Below are positions 30,594 through 38,133 of a stretch of DNA of 64,000 nt, in pieces. The stretch comes from an uncultured Prochlorococcus sp. (GTDB taxonomy: Bacteria; Cyanobacteriota; Cyanobacteriia; PCC-6307; Cyanobiaceae). The position numbers were made by a program, and so were the translations under genes. Location of the stretch: positions 1,487-65,486 of the forward strand of contig CACJCK010000006.1 of NCBI GenBank assembly GCA_902591865.1, given 5' to 3'. The notes beneath the pieces are model-generated. The model saw only the letters and a list, made by a program, of their open reading frames with translations, had not been told where the DNA came from and ran no database searches. How positions within the stretch are numbered: the first letter of the stretch is position 1; every line of letters begins with the position of its first letter.

Positions 30594-30960
30594 TAAAAGT
30601 CAACCAAATTTGAACATTAATTTTTCAATTTTGTTGAATTATTTAGTAATTACTAAAAATTTAAATATTAAATATAAACGCGCAAAATAATAGATTCAAT
30701 ATCTAGCTCAAGATCTTTGAATTAAATTTTATTAATCTTATTTTTTTTTAATTTTATATCTCTCTTTGTTAGCATTGTCGTAACGACATTTCACATATTT
30801 GCAAAAAATAAATCATGAGAAATCATCACCAAATCATTTAATTTATTTATAGTAAAACTATATGATGTGCCAATCAGAAAAGCATCACCTAAAAAGTTTT
30901 CAGACTCGATAATTTTTTGTTACCAATCAATTTTAATATTACAAGAGCTAATTTTTAAAA

Positions 30961-31275
30961 TTATTTTTTAATTAGCTCGAAGTAACCATTTTTATTTAAT
31001 AAGTACTTATCAAACCAAAGGCTTAATAGATTGTCTAATCCTATTCCATCCATTTTATTTAGTTGAGAAGTCTTATAGTCTGAAAGTGCAAGCAATAAAT
31101 ATGGAAAAATCATATCAGAAACTCCTTTTGGGAGTTTTTCTAAAGGTAAACCATGTGCTCTATCCCATAAAATTTGCATATCCTGAGAGAACAAAGTACT
31201 CCAATAACTAAAATTACAATATAACTTTTCTGGAGGAATTAGATTTACGGATAAAAATGGTAGAGATGAATTCAT
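30961..31275 (-). CDS. Hypothetical protein (104 aa)
   Basis: ORF-track 143-aa ORF; internal ATG at 31275 (MNSSLPFLSVNLIPPEKLYC...) preferred because the extension overlaps putative operator DNA. Confidence 0.65.
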   Translation of the reverse strand: MNSSLPFLSVNLIPPEKLYCNFSYWSTLFSQDMQILWDRAHGLPLEKLPKGVSDMIFPYLLLALSDYKTSQLNKMDGIGLDNLLSLWFDKYLLNKNGYFELIKK

Positions 31276-31382
31276 AGGAATAAATATTTTATGGTTAATT
31301 GAATTTAGGATTTTGAAAAGGTAATAAATAATTTCTGATAAGTAAATCCCCCTAGGATCAATACAAATAAAATTTATCGCAC

Positions 31383-31403
31383 AGTGAAGCACTTAGCAAC
31401 ACT
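31383..31403. promoter_or_regulatory. Putative RHH operator, downstream copy
   Basis: AGTG-AAG-CACT at 31383-31393 plus a partial copy (minus strand AGTG-TTG-CTAA) at 31393-31403. Confidence 0.55.
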
Positions 31404-31405
31404 AA

Positions 31406-31702
31406 TTACTTGTTATACTCTTCCATCATTTCCTGAAATTTTAGGAATGATAAGAATTTTTTATAAGTATGCAAATCAATATGTCCTTCAGACATGTCAT
31501 CTGAATTTTCCTTAATCTTTATATATGACTGAGTTGCTTTACCATTTTTTTTATTGAATATACCCCTCTCAAATAAAGCTTCTTCAACTAAGATACTTAT
31601 TATTTTTGAGTTACTTAAATTATTTTCTATGCTTAATTTTTCAATTATTTTCATAACCTCTTCTCTTGGAATAAATCCAACTCTCTTTTTCCTGGTAGGC
31701 AT
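31406..31702 (-). CDS. Ribbon-helix-helix (CopG/Arc-like) DNA-binding protein
   Basis: N-terminal KKRVGFIP strand, helix EEVMKIIEKLS, turn NNLSNS, helix KIISILVEEAL matches the RHH pattern. Confidence 0.7.
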   Translation of the reverse strand: MPTRKKRVGFIPREEVMKIIEKLSIENNLSNSKIISILVEEALFERGIFNKKNGKATQSYIKIKENSDDMSEGHIDLHTYKKFLSFLKFQEMMEEYNK

Positions 31703-31717
31703 TTAAAAATAAATTAA

Positions 31718-31768
31718 AGTTCAGCACTTGACTCTCATAAGTGTTGCACTATATTCATTATAAGTCAA
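31718..31768. promoter_or_regulatory. Overlapping divergent promoters with putative RHH operators
   Basis: AGTT-CAG-CACT (31718-28) and AGTG-TTG-CACT (31740-50), 22 bp apart; TTGACT on + (31728-33) faces TTGACT on - (31768-63); TATATT at 31750-55. Confidence 0.6.
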
Positions 31769-31772
31769 TTAA

Positions 31773-31928
31773 ATGCTAATGATTTTACCAACAACCTTAC
31801 TTCTAGGAGCCCTAGGATATCTTTTTTACACCTCAAAAACAGAGCTATCACTAGATCACAATACCCTTAATGAAAACCAAAAAGAGAATGATGATTTGTA
31901 TAAAGATTTGGAAGATCTATTTATTTAA
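31773..31928 (+). CDS. Small N-terminally membrane-anchored protein (51 aa)
   Basis: MLMILPTTLLLGALGYLFYTSKTELSLDHNTLNENQKENDDLYKDLEDLFI*; not in ORF track. Confidence 0.65.
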   Translation: MLMILPTTLLLGALGYLFYTSKTELSLDHNTLNENQKENDDLYKDLEDLFI

Positions 31929-32021
31929 AATTACAGCATTAAGACTAAAGAACTTTGTTTCTTGACTAAAGATATACAAAAGCTAAAACATAATTAAAAT
32001 ATACTTATAGATATAACATCA

Positions 32022-32318
32022 ATGACTGTCCATCAAGATTACGAAATAAAAATCAATCTAAATGAATTGATTGAAAAGAGAATCCCATGTTGTGATTTAC
32101 TTCATCCTGATCATTGTCTAACGGAAAAGCAAGTCTCTGAAATTGCACATGATATTCGTATGGATTTAAATTTGCATGATCTTTATAAGCAAGTTGATCA
32201 GCATATCATGAATTATGTAAATGCAGCTGGTATTGATAACAAAGATCATTGGGTTGAACCTCATCTCCCAGATTTGGAGAGAGACTTAAAAGAAGAAGTA
32301 GGTATAGAATTTGATTAA
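32022..32318 (+). CDS. His/Cys-rich acidic hypothetical protein (98 aa)
   Basis: IPCCDLLHPDHC motif, several further His residues. Confidence 0.8.
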   Translation: MTVHQDYEIKINLNELIEKRIPCCDLLHPDHCLTEKQVSEIAHDIRMDLNLHDLYKQVDQHIMNYVNAAGIDNKDHWVEPHLPDLERDLKEEVGIEFD

Positions 32319-32338
32319 TCTTTATTCCTAAAATAAAA

Positions 32339-32488
32339 TTAATAGATGTATTTTTTTTCTAAATCATCTATTAATTTATAGATACTTTTAGCTGATCTTT
32401 TTCTTTTTTTTAAAACTGTAAAAAATATAGATCCAATCAATATTGCAAAAATAAGTGTGAAAGTAATAATTTCATGATTCATAACCAT
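32339..32488 (-). CDS. Small single-TM protein (47-49 aa)
   Basis: MVMNHEIITFTLIFAILIGSIFFTVLKKRKRSAKSIYKLIDDLEKKYIY*; TM followed by basic stop-transfer stretch. Confidence 0.55.
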   Translation of the reverse strand: MVMNHEIITFTLIFAILIGSIFFTVLKKRKRSAKSIYKLIDDLEKKYIY

Positions 32489-32653
32489 CAAACAGAAGTA
32501 TATTATTAAAATTATTAAAAAGTCTGAATCAATAAAATAGGTACTTTATACAAATATATTTCGCTATAAACAATTAAGATTTTCTATAAAGAAGTGAAAG
32601 ATTTAAAATTTTTTGTAAATTATGTAGATACAAATTTTAATTCAATAAAGATA

Positions 32654-32836
32654 ATGATTAATTATTTTGCCTTAACAGTAACTGAGATGGGGATCGGTAA
32701 AATAGAATTAGCAGTTATTTGCGCAGTAATTTTAATATTTCCAATTTTATTTGTTTATGCATCTAAAAACCTTGATGCTAAGGGGGTTTTCGAATGGATG
32801 ATGGAAAAACCCAATGATTGGATAGGTAAAAAATAA
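32654..32836 (+). CDS. Small single-TM protein (60 aa)
   Basis: MINYFALTVTEMGIGKIELAVICAVILIFPILFVYASKNLDAKGVFEWMMEKPNDWIGKK; ATG 32654 preferred over GTG 32594. Confidence 0.7.
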   Translation: MINYFALTVTEMGIGKIELAVICAVILIFPILFVYASKNLDAKGVFEWMMEKPNDWIGKK

Positions 32837-32858
32837 GACTTTAACAATTTACATTTTT

Positions 32859-33200
32859 CTAGTTAAATTTTAAATTCTCTAAATTACTAATAGCAAAATC
32901 ATAAACTTGGCAATTATTTTCTAAATCATCAACTATTGAATTTTTTAGAAAAGAATAATCTATCAACTTATTGAGTTTATTATTTTTAAATTCCTTATTA
33001 GTCTCTCCAATAGCGAATGCTAAAGCTCCTTCATAAGAAATACCGAATTTGGAGGTGTTGCAGTAAGTTCTAGTAAACTTATTAGAAATCTTTTTTGTAT
33101 ACTTTTCAAGAGTTTTAGAAGAAGTATCTGATGAGTAAACCGGACTACTTATAAGAAATATCAAAGTTAAAGTGAATATTGTAAAAACTCTTTTGATCAT
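32859..33200 (-). CDS. Hypothetical exported protein (113 aa)
   Basis: Signal peptide-like N-terminus; two Cys (TYCN, NNCQ). Confidence 0.7.
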   Translation of the reverse strand: MIKRVFTIFTLTLIFLISSPVYSSDTSSKTLEKYTKKISNKFTRTYCNTSKFGISYEGALAFAIGETNKEFKNNKLNKLIDYSFLKNSIVDDLENNCQVYDFAISNLENLKFN

Positions 33201-33305
33201 AATATTTCATAAATTGCAAATTTAATATAGTTTAGAATTTTACTCTGCCGACAATATTTTATTAAAAATATAAAAATTTAAAAATTTTTTACCCACAACA
33301 GCTAT

Positions 33306-33401
33306 TTATATTTTGGAAGATAAAAACTCTCTAATCGAATATTTTACAGTTTGAATTTTTTTTGGTAGTTTTTTTAAAAAACGCCTAAATGCTTTTGGCA
33401 T
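33306..33401 (-). CDS. Possible 31-aa basic peptide
   Basis: MPKAFRRFLKKLPKKIQTVKYSIREFLSSKI*; could be a chance ORF. Confidence 0.3.
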   Translation of the reverse strand: MPKAFRRFLKKLPKKIQTVKYSIREFLSSKI

Positions 33402-33563
33402 AACTAAAAATCAATTTTAATTATTGATAACAAATAATACTTGGTAATTCAATAAATAATTATCCAAAAATAAGTAAATTAATTATTAAATATATGGATT
33501 GAGCTATGGAAATGTATATGAACATGAATTATTGTCTAATTAAGTATTAAATACAAAATTAAT

Positions 33564-33758
33564 ATGGCATTACCTGAACTTATTTATGCTCCTATAGATG
33601 GCGGCACAATTCATAGATATGAAATTAGTGGTGGCAAGAGAAAATTCTTAAGATTTATAGGTTGTTATTTAGGCCAATGCAATTTCCACAAAAATATTGA
33701 TGATGCTATTGATTACATAAAAAATTTAAAAGAATCACAAAAGATACAAAAAACATGA
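33564..33758 (+). CDS. Conserved hypothetical protein (64 aa)
   Basis: GGTIHRYEISGGKRKFLRFIGCYLGQCNF; Gly-rich coding composition. Confidence 0.75.
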   Translation: MALPELIYAPIDGGTIHRYEISGGKRKFLRFIGCYLGQCNFHKNIDDAIDYIKNLKESQKIQKT

Positions 33759-33915
33759 AATAAAGATACATAAATACAATAGGGACTCAATATTTTTCAA
33801 GAACTACATAATTATTGCTACAAATAATAGAGAATTTTATTTTTATAAGAATTTGATTATTTACTTGGGTTATAGTTCCGAAAGATAAACAGTCAATTAA
33901 AAAAGAAATTAATTT

Positions 33916-35238
33916 ATGGAAAACAGACAAATTAATTTTTTTAAATCAAAAGACTTAAATACCGTTCTTAAGCCATTTAAAAAAGGAACAGTAGTAAAAA
34001 TTGACTCGTTTGATATTAGAGAAAATCAAAATGAATTAAAAATAGGTTTATTTGGTTGGTATGCTATTTGTACTTCTAAAGAACTAAAAAAAAATAAGCT
34101 ATATTATTTTTTACTCTATGATGAGCCTCTTGTTCTTTATAGAGATGAGAATGAAAACATTAGGTGTATAAAAAACATTTGTCCTCATAGGGGAGCCTCT
34201 TTTTTTGAAGGAACGTTATCAGATGGAGTATTAACCTGTCCATATCATGGAGCTAAATTCTCATCTGGTGGAAGTTGCCAAAATCTCGATAGAATAACAT
34301 GCAGACATATTGTAGATAATAACTACGATAACTACGCCAAAAGAATTCACTTATCTCAATACAAAGCTTTAGAAAAGAATGGATATATTTTTGTACATTT
34401 TTCTAAAAAATCTGACACAGATTTAAACAATATAAGTGAAGATGCACCAATAGGTAACTACGAATTATATGAGAATGGTTTTATACATAATGATTATGTA
34501 TTTGAAGAGGTATTAGTTGACTTTAAGTGTGATTGGTCAAGGATAATTGAAAATCACTTAGATATCCTTCATCTTTTTTGGGTTCATGGAGATACAATAC
34601 CTGATAAAGATGTTAATAAAAATGTTCTAGTTAGTTTTAACCAGAAGATTAATGTTACTCCTAAATTCATTGAAAGTATTTATTACTACAAGAATGAACC
34701 TACAAAAGAATTTATCCGCATAAAATACATACCACCAGGAAGGATATTAATTTATAAAGGTAATCCCTCTGCAGCTAGATATTTACAAGTTTTAGATCAT
34801 ATTCCACTAGGAAATAACAAAGCAAGAGTAATTGTGAGACATTACAGGAAATTTTTAAAAAATAAACTACTCAATAACCTCATGTTGTTTAAAGAGACTC
34901 AAAGAAAGATTTTTTATAAGATATTTGATGAGGATTATATGATTTTAAAAACACAAACATATAATCATAATATGGGATTTATAAGTAAGGATGAAATAAA
35001 ATTATTAGGAGAGGATAGAATAATAAATTATTTTTGGAAATGGTATAAAAAGTCTGAAGATAAAGATGAACCATGGAAAAATAATATAAAAACCCAAAAT
35101 CTTGATGTATACGACAAAGTGATATTGAAATATCCTCCTGAGATAAAGAAGTTAGAAATTGCAAATAATATAAATATTATAAGAAAAACAATTGTACGAT
35201 TTGCTGCTCCGCTTATATTTTTTATGTTAATAATATAA
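33916..35238 (+). CDS. cao: Rieske non-heme iron oxygenase, probable Prochlorococcus-type chlorophyllide a oxygenase
   Basis: Rieske motif CPHRG...CPYHG and mononuclear Fe motif ENHLDILHLFWVH; the cao call rests on recalled synteny with the crp/ferritin cluster in Prochlorococcus. Confidence 0.72.
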   Translation: MENRQINFFKSKDLNTVLKPFKKGTVVKIDSFDIRENQNELKIGLFGWYAICTSKELKKNKLYYFLLYDEPLVLYRDENENIRCIKNICPHRGASFFEGTLSDGVLTCPYHGAKFSSGGSCQNLDRITCRHIVDNNYDNYAKRIHLSQYKALEKNGYIFVHFSKKSDTDLNNISEDAPIGNYELYENGFIHNDYVFEEVLVDFKCDWSRIIENHLDILHLFWVHGDTIPDKDVNKNVLVSFNQKINVTPKFIESIYYYKNEPTKEFIRIKYIPPGRILIYKGNPSAARYLQVLDHIPLGNNKARVIVRHYRKFLKNKLLNNLMLFKETQRKIFYKIFDEDYMILKTQTYNHNMGFISKDEIKLLGEDRIINYFWKWYKKSEDKDEPWKNNIKTQNLDVYDKVILKYPPEIKKLEIANNINIIRKTIVRFAAPLIFFMLII

Positions 35239-35241
35239 TTT

Positions 35242-35343
35242 ATGAAGAAAGTAAATAGACCTTCATGGTTGAATTGGCTTTATCTTTTTATATTTATTTT
35301 AAGCTCAATTCAATTGATTATATTTTGGAGTAATAAGTTTTAG
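35242..35343 (+). CDS. Small single-TM protein (33 aa)
   Basis: MKKVNRPSWLNWLYLFIFILSSIQLIIFWSNKF*; starts 3 nt after the Rieske stop, and its TAG overlaps the next GTG. Confidence 0.7.
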   Translation: MKKVNRPSWLNWLYLFIFILSSIQLIIFWSNKF

Positions 35344-36131
35344 TGTTTAATAAATTTTGGTTTGATGCAAAAAATATAAATTGTTTTAAAAATGGCTTTA
35401 GAGTAATTAAAGATTTAAATTTAAAGATAGCCTATTCAGAGAATGTAATATTAATTGGTCCAAATGGTTCAGGGAAATCATCCTTAATTGAAATAATTAA
35501 TAGAAACATATATCCAGTAGTAGCTAATGAATCTAAACTTAAGATATTTGATAAAGAACTTATAAACTTATGGGAACTAAGAAAAAAAATAAATACCGTA
35601 AATAATGATATAAAAAATAGAATAAATCCAGATTTACAAGTTTTTGATTTAATTTTAAGTGGACTATATGGAAGATATTGTTACGTACAAAATAAATCTG
35701 AAAGAGATTCTTATAAGGTGGAAAAAATCATAAAGAAAATGAATATATCTAATTTATCTAAAAAGAAATTTTCCTATTTATCAGATGGAGAAAAACAAAT
35801 ATCTATCATTGCTAGGGCATTAATCAAAAAACCAGAGATTTTAATCCTAGATGAACCAATTGCAAATTTAGATTATAAATCAAAGTTTTTTGTAGTTGAT
35901 AAGGTTAATGAATTATCAAAATTAAATACCAAGATTTTATGCGTCACTCATGATATTTCAACGATTACAAAAATTTATGACCGGGTCATAATGCTAAAAG
36001 ATGGCAAGATAATCGCTGATGGAGATCAAAATAAAGTTATAAATAATGAAAATCTTTATAAGTTATATGGTGTTGAAGTAGAGGTAACTAATAATAATGG
36101 AATTTGGAATATAAACAGATTATCTAAATAA
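35343..36131 (+). CDS. ABC transporter ATP-binding protein (ModF-like, no adjacent permease)
   Basis: GPNGSGKS, LSDGEKQ, LILDEP, CVTHD. Confidence 0.88.
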   Translation: MFNKFWFDAKNINCFKNGFRVIKDLNLKIAYSENVILIGPNGSGKSSLIEIINRNIYPVVANESKLKIFDKELINLWELRKKINTVNNDIKNRINPDLQVFDLILSGLYGRYCYVQNKSERDSYKVEKIIKKMNISNLSKKKFSYLSDGEKQISIIARALIKKPEILILDEPIANLDYKSKFFVVDKVNELSKLNTKILCVTHDISTITKIYDRVIMLKDGKIIADGDQNKVINNENLYKLYGVEVEVTNNNGIWNINRLSK

Positions 36132-36312
36132 TAATTATGAAAACAACTATCGCAATAGCAAGAAATACTAATTTTTTACTTTTTAAAAATGAAGAGGATT
36201 TATTTTTAAATGAAGAAGATCCACATTTAGAGCAAACAATCTTACCCCCCAAAGATCGATCTGAGACGAATGAAGAACTTCCACAATTAAAACAAACTCT
36301 ATTTACGCTCAT
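36124..36312 (-). CDS. Small zinc-ribbon protein with C-terminal membrane anchor
   Basis: CFNCG...CSKCG plus a hydrophobic tail. Confidence 0.75.
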   Translation of the reverse strand: MSVNRVCFNCGSSSFVSDRSLGGKIVCSKCGSSSFKNKSSSFLKSKKLVFLAIAIVVFIIII

Positions 36313-36387
36313 CTAAAATAAATTATTTGTAATTCTATCTAGATTATATTCATAAATACTATGTAAAGAAAAACATCAGAAATGTGA

Positions 36388-36409
36388 TGATAATGAGAAT
36401 CTATTGCAA
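36388..36409. promoter_or_regulatory. Fur box, distal
   Basis: GATAATGAGAATCTATTGC, 14/19 to GATAATGATAATCATTATC. Confidence 0.6.
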
Positions 36410-36432
36410 TAAACAATTTATTAGTGCATAAT

Positions 36433-36453
36433 TGATAATAATTCTCATTATCA
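36433..36453. promoter_or_regulatory. Fur box, proximal to the Crp-family gene
   Basis: Reverse complement GATAATGAGAATTATTATC, 17/19 to consensus; ends 11 bp before the ATG at 36465. Confidence 0.82.
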
Positions 36454-36464
36454 TACTTTAATTA

Positions 36465-37052
36465 ATGAATTTCAATAGTTATGGAGAATCTCCGTCAAAA
36501 TCAGTAAGGATAATAACTGGACAATCGGTATTAATAGATCCTTCGTCAAGACCAAAAGGGACATGCTTAAAAGTTGAAAGTGGAATTGCAAGAGTTTATT
36601 GTCCTTGTGAAGAAACTGAAGGCATGACACTTGCATTTTTACAATCAGGAGATCAATTAAGAACGGACCTTTTATGTAGTGAAGGTGTCTGTGTTGAAGC
36701 ACTTACAGATTTGTCATTTCACAGCAATGTAAATATTGATGAGAATATTGGTTTCGATGCAGTAAATGAATGGACTTTGCAACTCCTTAGGATTAGACAC
36801 TTAGGAAATGCAGAACAGAGATTAAAAGCGTTGTTTTCAATACTAGTAAATCGTTTAGGTAGAAGATGTGGTCAATGGTGTGAATTACCTTTTAGGTTAA
36901 CTCATGAAAGGATTGGTGAATTAATCGGTTCTACACGAGTAACATCAACAAGATTAATTTCTAAATTAAGATCATCTGAGTTATTAATAGCTCCTATTGG
37001 AACCCAAACAGTCAGTGTTGCTCCTTCTTTTATTGAAACATCACCCCTATAA
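36465..37052 (+). CDS. Crp/Fnr family transcriptional regulator
   Basis: C-terminal HTH LTHERIGELIGSTRVTSTRLISKLR; Cys-rich N-terminal domain. Confidence 0.9.
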   Translation: MNFNSYGESPSKSVRIITGQSVLIDPSSRPKGTCLKVESGIARVYCPCEETEGMTLAFLQSGDQLRTDLLCSEGVCVEALTDLSFHSNVNIDENIGFDAVNEWTLQLLRIRHLGNAEQRLKALFSILVNRLGRRCGQWCELPFRLTHERIGELIGSTRVTSTRLISKLRSSELLIAPIGTQTVSVAPSFIETSPL

Positions 37053-37057
37053 AATTT

Positions 37058-37351
37058 ATGAAGGAATCACAATCACTTACTAACAACTTGTTAATGGAAG
37101 TTGATGTTTTAACGAATAGACTCAGAAATATCAAGCGATCCTATAAAACTACAAGAAATAAAGCATTGAAGGGAAGGTTATTTTCTGAAAACAAAAATAT
37201 TTTTAAAAGAGTTAAAGAGATTTATAAAATAGCTGAGATCTTAAATAAAAATAATAATAATGAGAAAATTAATTATTCTAATTTACTTATTGAAATAACA
37301 AAAAGAACATTAAATGAAAATAAATTTGAAAGTAATCTATTTTTTCTTTAA
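37058..37351 (+). CDS. Hypothetical helical protein, likely co-transcribed with the Crp regulator
   Basis: 97-aa ORF starting 5 nt after the crp stop. Confidence 0.75.
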   Translation: MKESQSLTNNLLMEVDVLTNRLRNIKRSYKTTRNKALKGRLFSENKNIFKRVKEIYKIAEILNKNNNNEKINYSNLLIEITKRTLNENKFESNLFFL

Positions 37352-37891
37352 ATCACTATCTATCAATAAGATTGCAGAAGGTTGATTAGAAGCAAACTTT
37401 ACTTTACCAAGTATGTTTGCAAATTCATCTTCTGATTTTGTTTGAGCCTCAATGATTGGATCTAAAAATACGTTGGTTCTTGTATCTGAAATTCTTTCTG
37501 AAATAGAATAAAGTTGTTGCAGAGATGAAGTTAAATCAGCCTCCATGTTGAAAGAATAAGAAATTAGATCCTCTATTGAATCCCATGCTTGAACTGGTGC
37601 AGGAATTTCTTCTAACTTTACACTTTGTCCTCTTGCGATTAGGTAATCTGCAAATTTCTGAGCATGTTCCATTTCACCTTTTGATTCACTTAGAAAATGA
37701 GAAGCAAATCCATTTAAATCACGTTCTTGAAACCAGAGGTATATAGAAAAATATTGAACATTGGCATATCTTTCCATTGTTAAATGTTCAAAGATATTAT
37801 CCAATAAACTTTTGTCAATTGGTTGTGCGACAGCTCTTCCAGATGGACCAAAATTAATTAATTTCTTTAACTTTAGATTATTTTCGTTCAT
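37337..37891 (-). CDS. ftn: Ferritin
   Basis: Ferroxidase-type motifs MERYA, EMEHA, NMEADL, QTKSEDE; four-helix bundle size. Confidence 0.92.
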   Translation of the reverse strand: MNENNLKLKKLINFGPSGRAVAQPIDKSLLDNIFEHLTMERYANVQYFSIYLWFQERDLNGFASHFLSESKGEMEHAQKFADYLIARGQSVKLEEIPAPVQAWDSIEDLISYSFNMEADLTSSLQQLYSISERISDTRTNVFLDPIIEAQTKSEDEFANILGKVKFASNQPSAILLIDSDLKKK

Positions 37892-37975
37892 TGCTCAATT
37901 TAAAACTAATTAAATAATACAACATTTTGTATAAATTAGTAATTAATTAATCCCTTAAATTAAATTAAATAATAT

Positions 37976-37994
37976 GATAATGAAAATCAATCTC
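37976..37994. promoter_or_regulatory. Fur box upstream of ferritin
   Basis: GATAATGAAAATCAATCTC, 16/19 to consensus, 84 bp upstream of the ferritin ATG. Confidence 0.72.
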
Positions 37995-38133
37995 AATACC
38001 ATAAATGAATTTACAGTACAGTTTTTCTGAACTGCTATTAATTAATAAAATATATAAAAGTAAAAAAAAGAAATGTAAAAAGAAAAAATGCTCTAATTGG
38101 AAGGGGGGCAAGTGTAATTGCCTATAAAAAAGT

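Noticed and set aside
31276-31392. N-terminal 39-aa extension of the 143-aa track ORF
   Set aside because: GTG start lies inside the putative operator; the internal ATG at 31275 is more plausible.
29915-33915. Prophage, IS element, integron or CRISPR array in the islet
   Set aside because: No integrase, transposase, structural or cas genes, and no regularly spaced repeat-spacer array; repeats seen are 11 bp or shorter.
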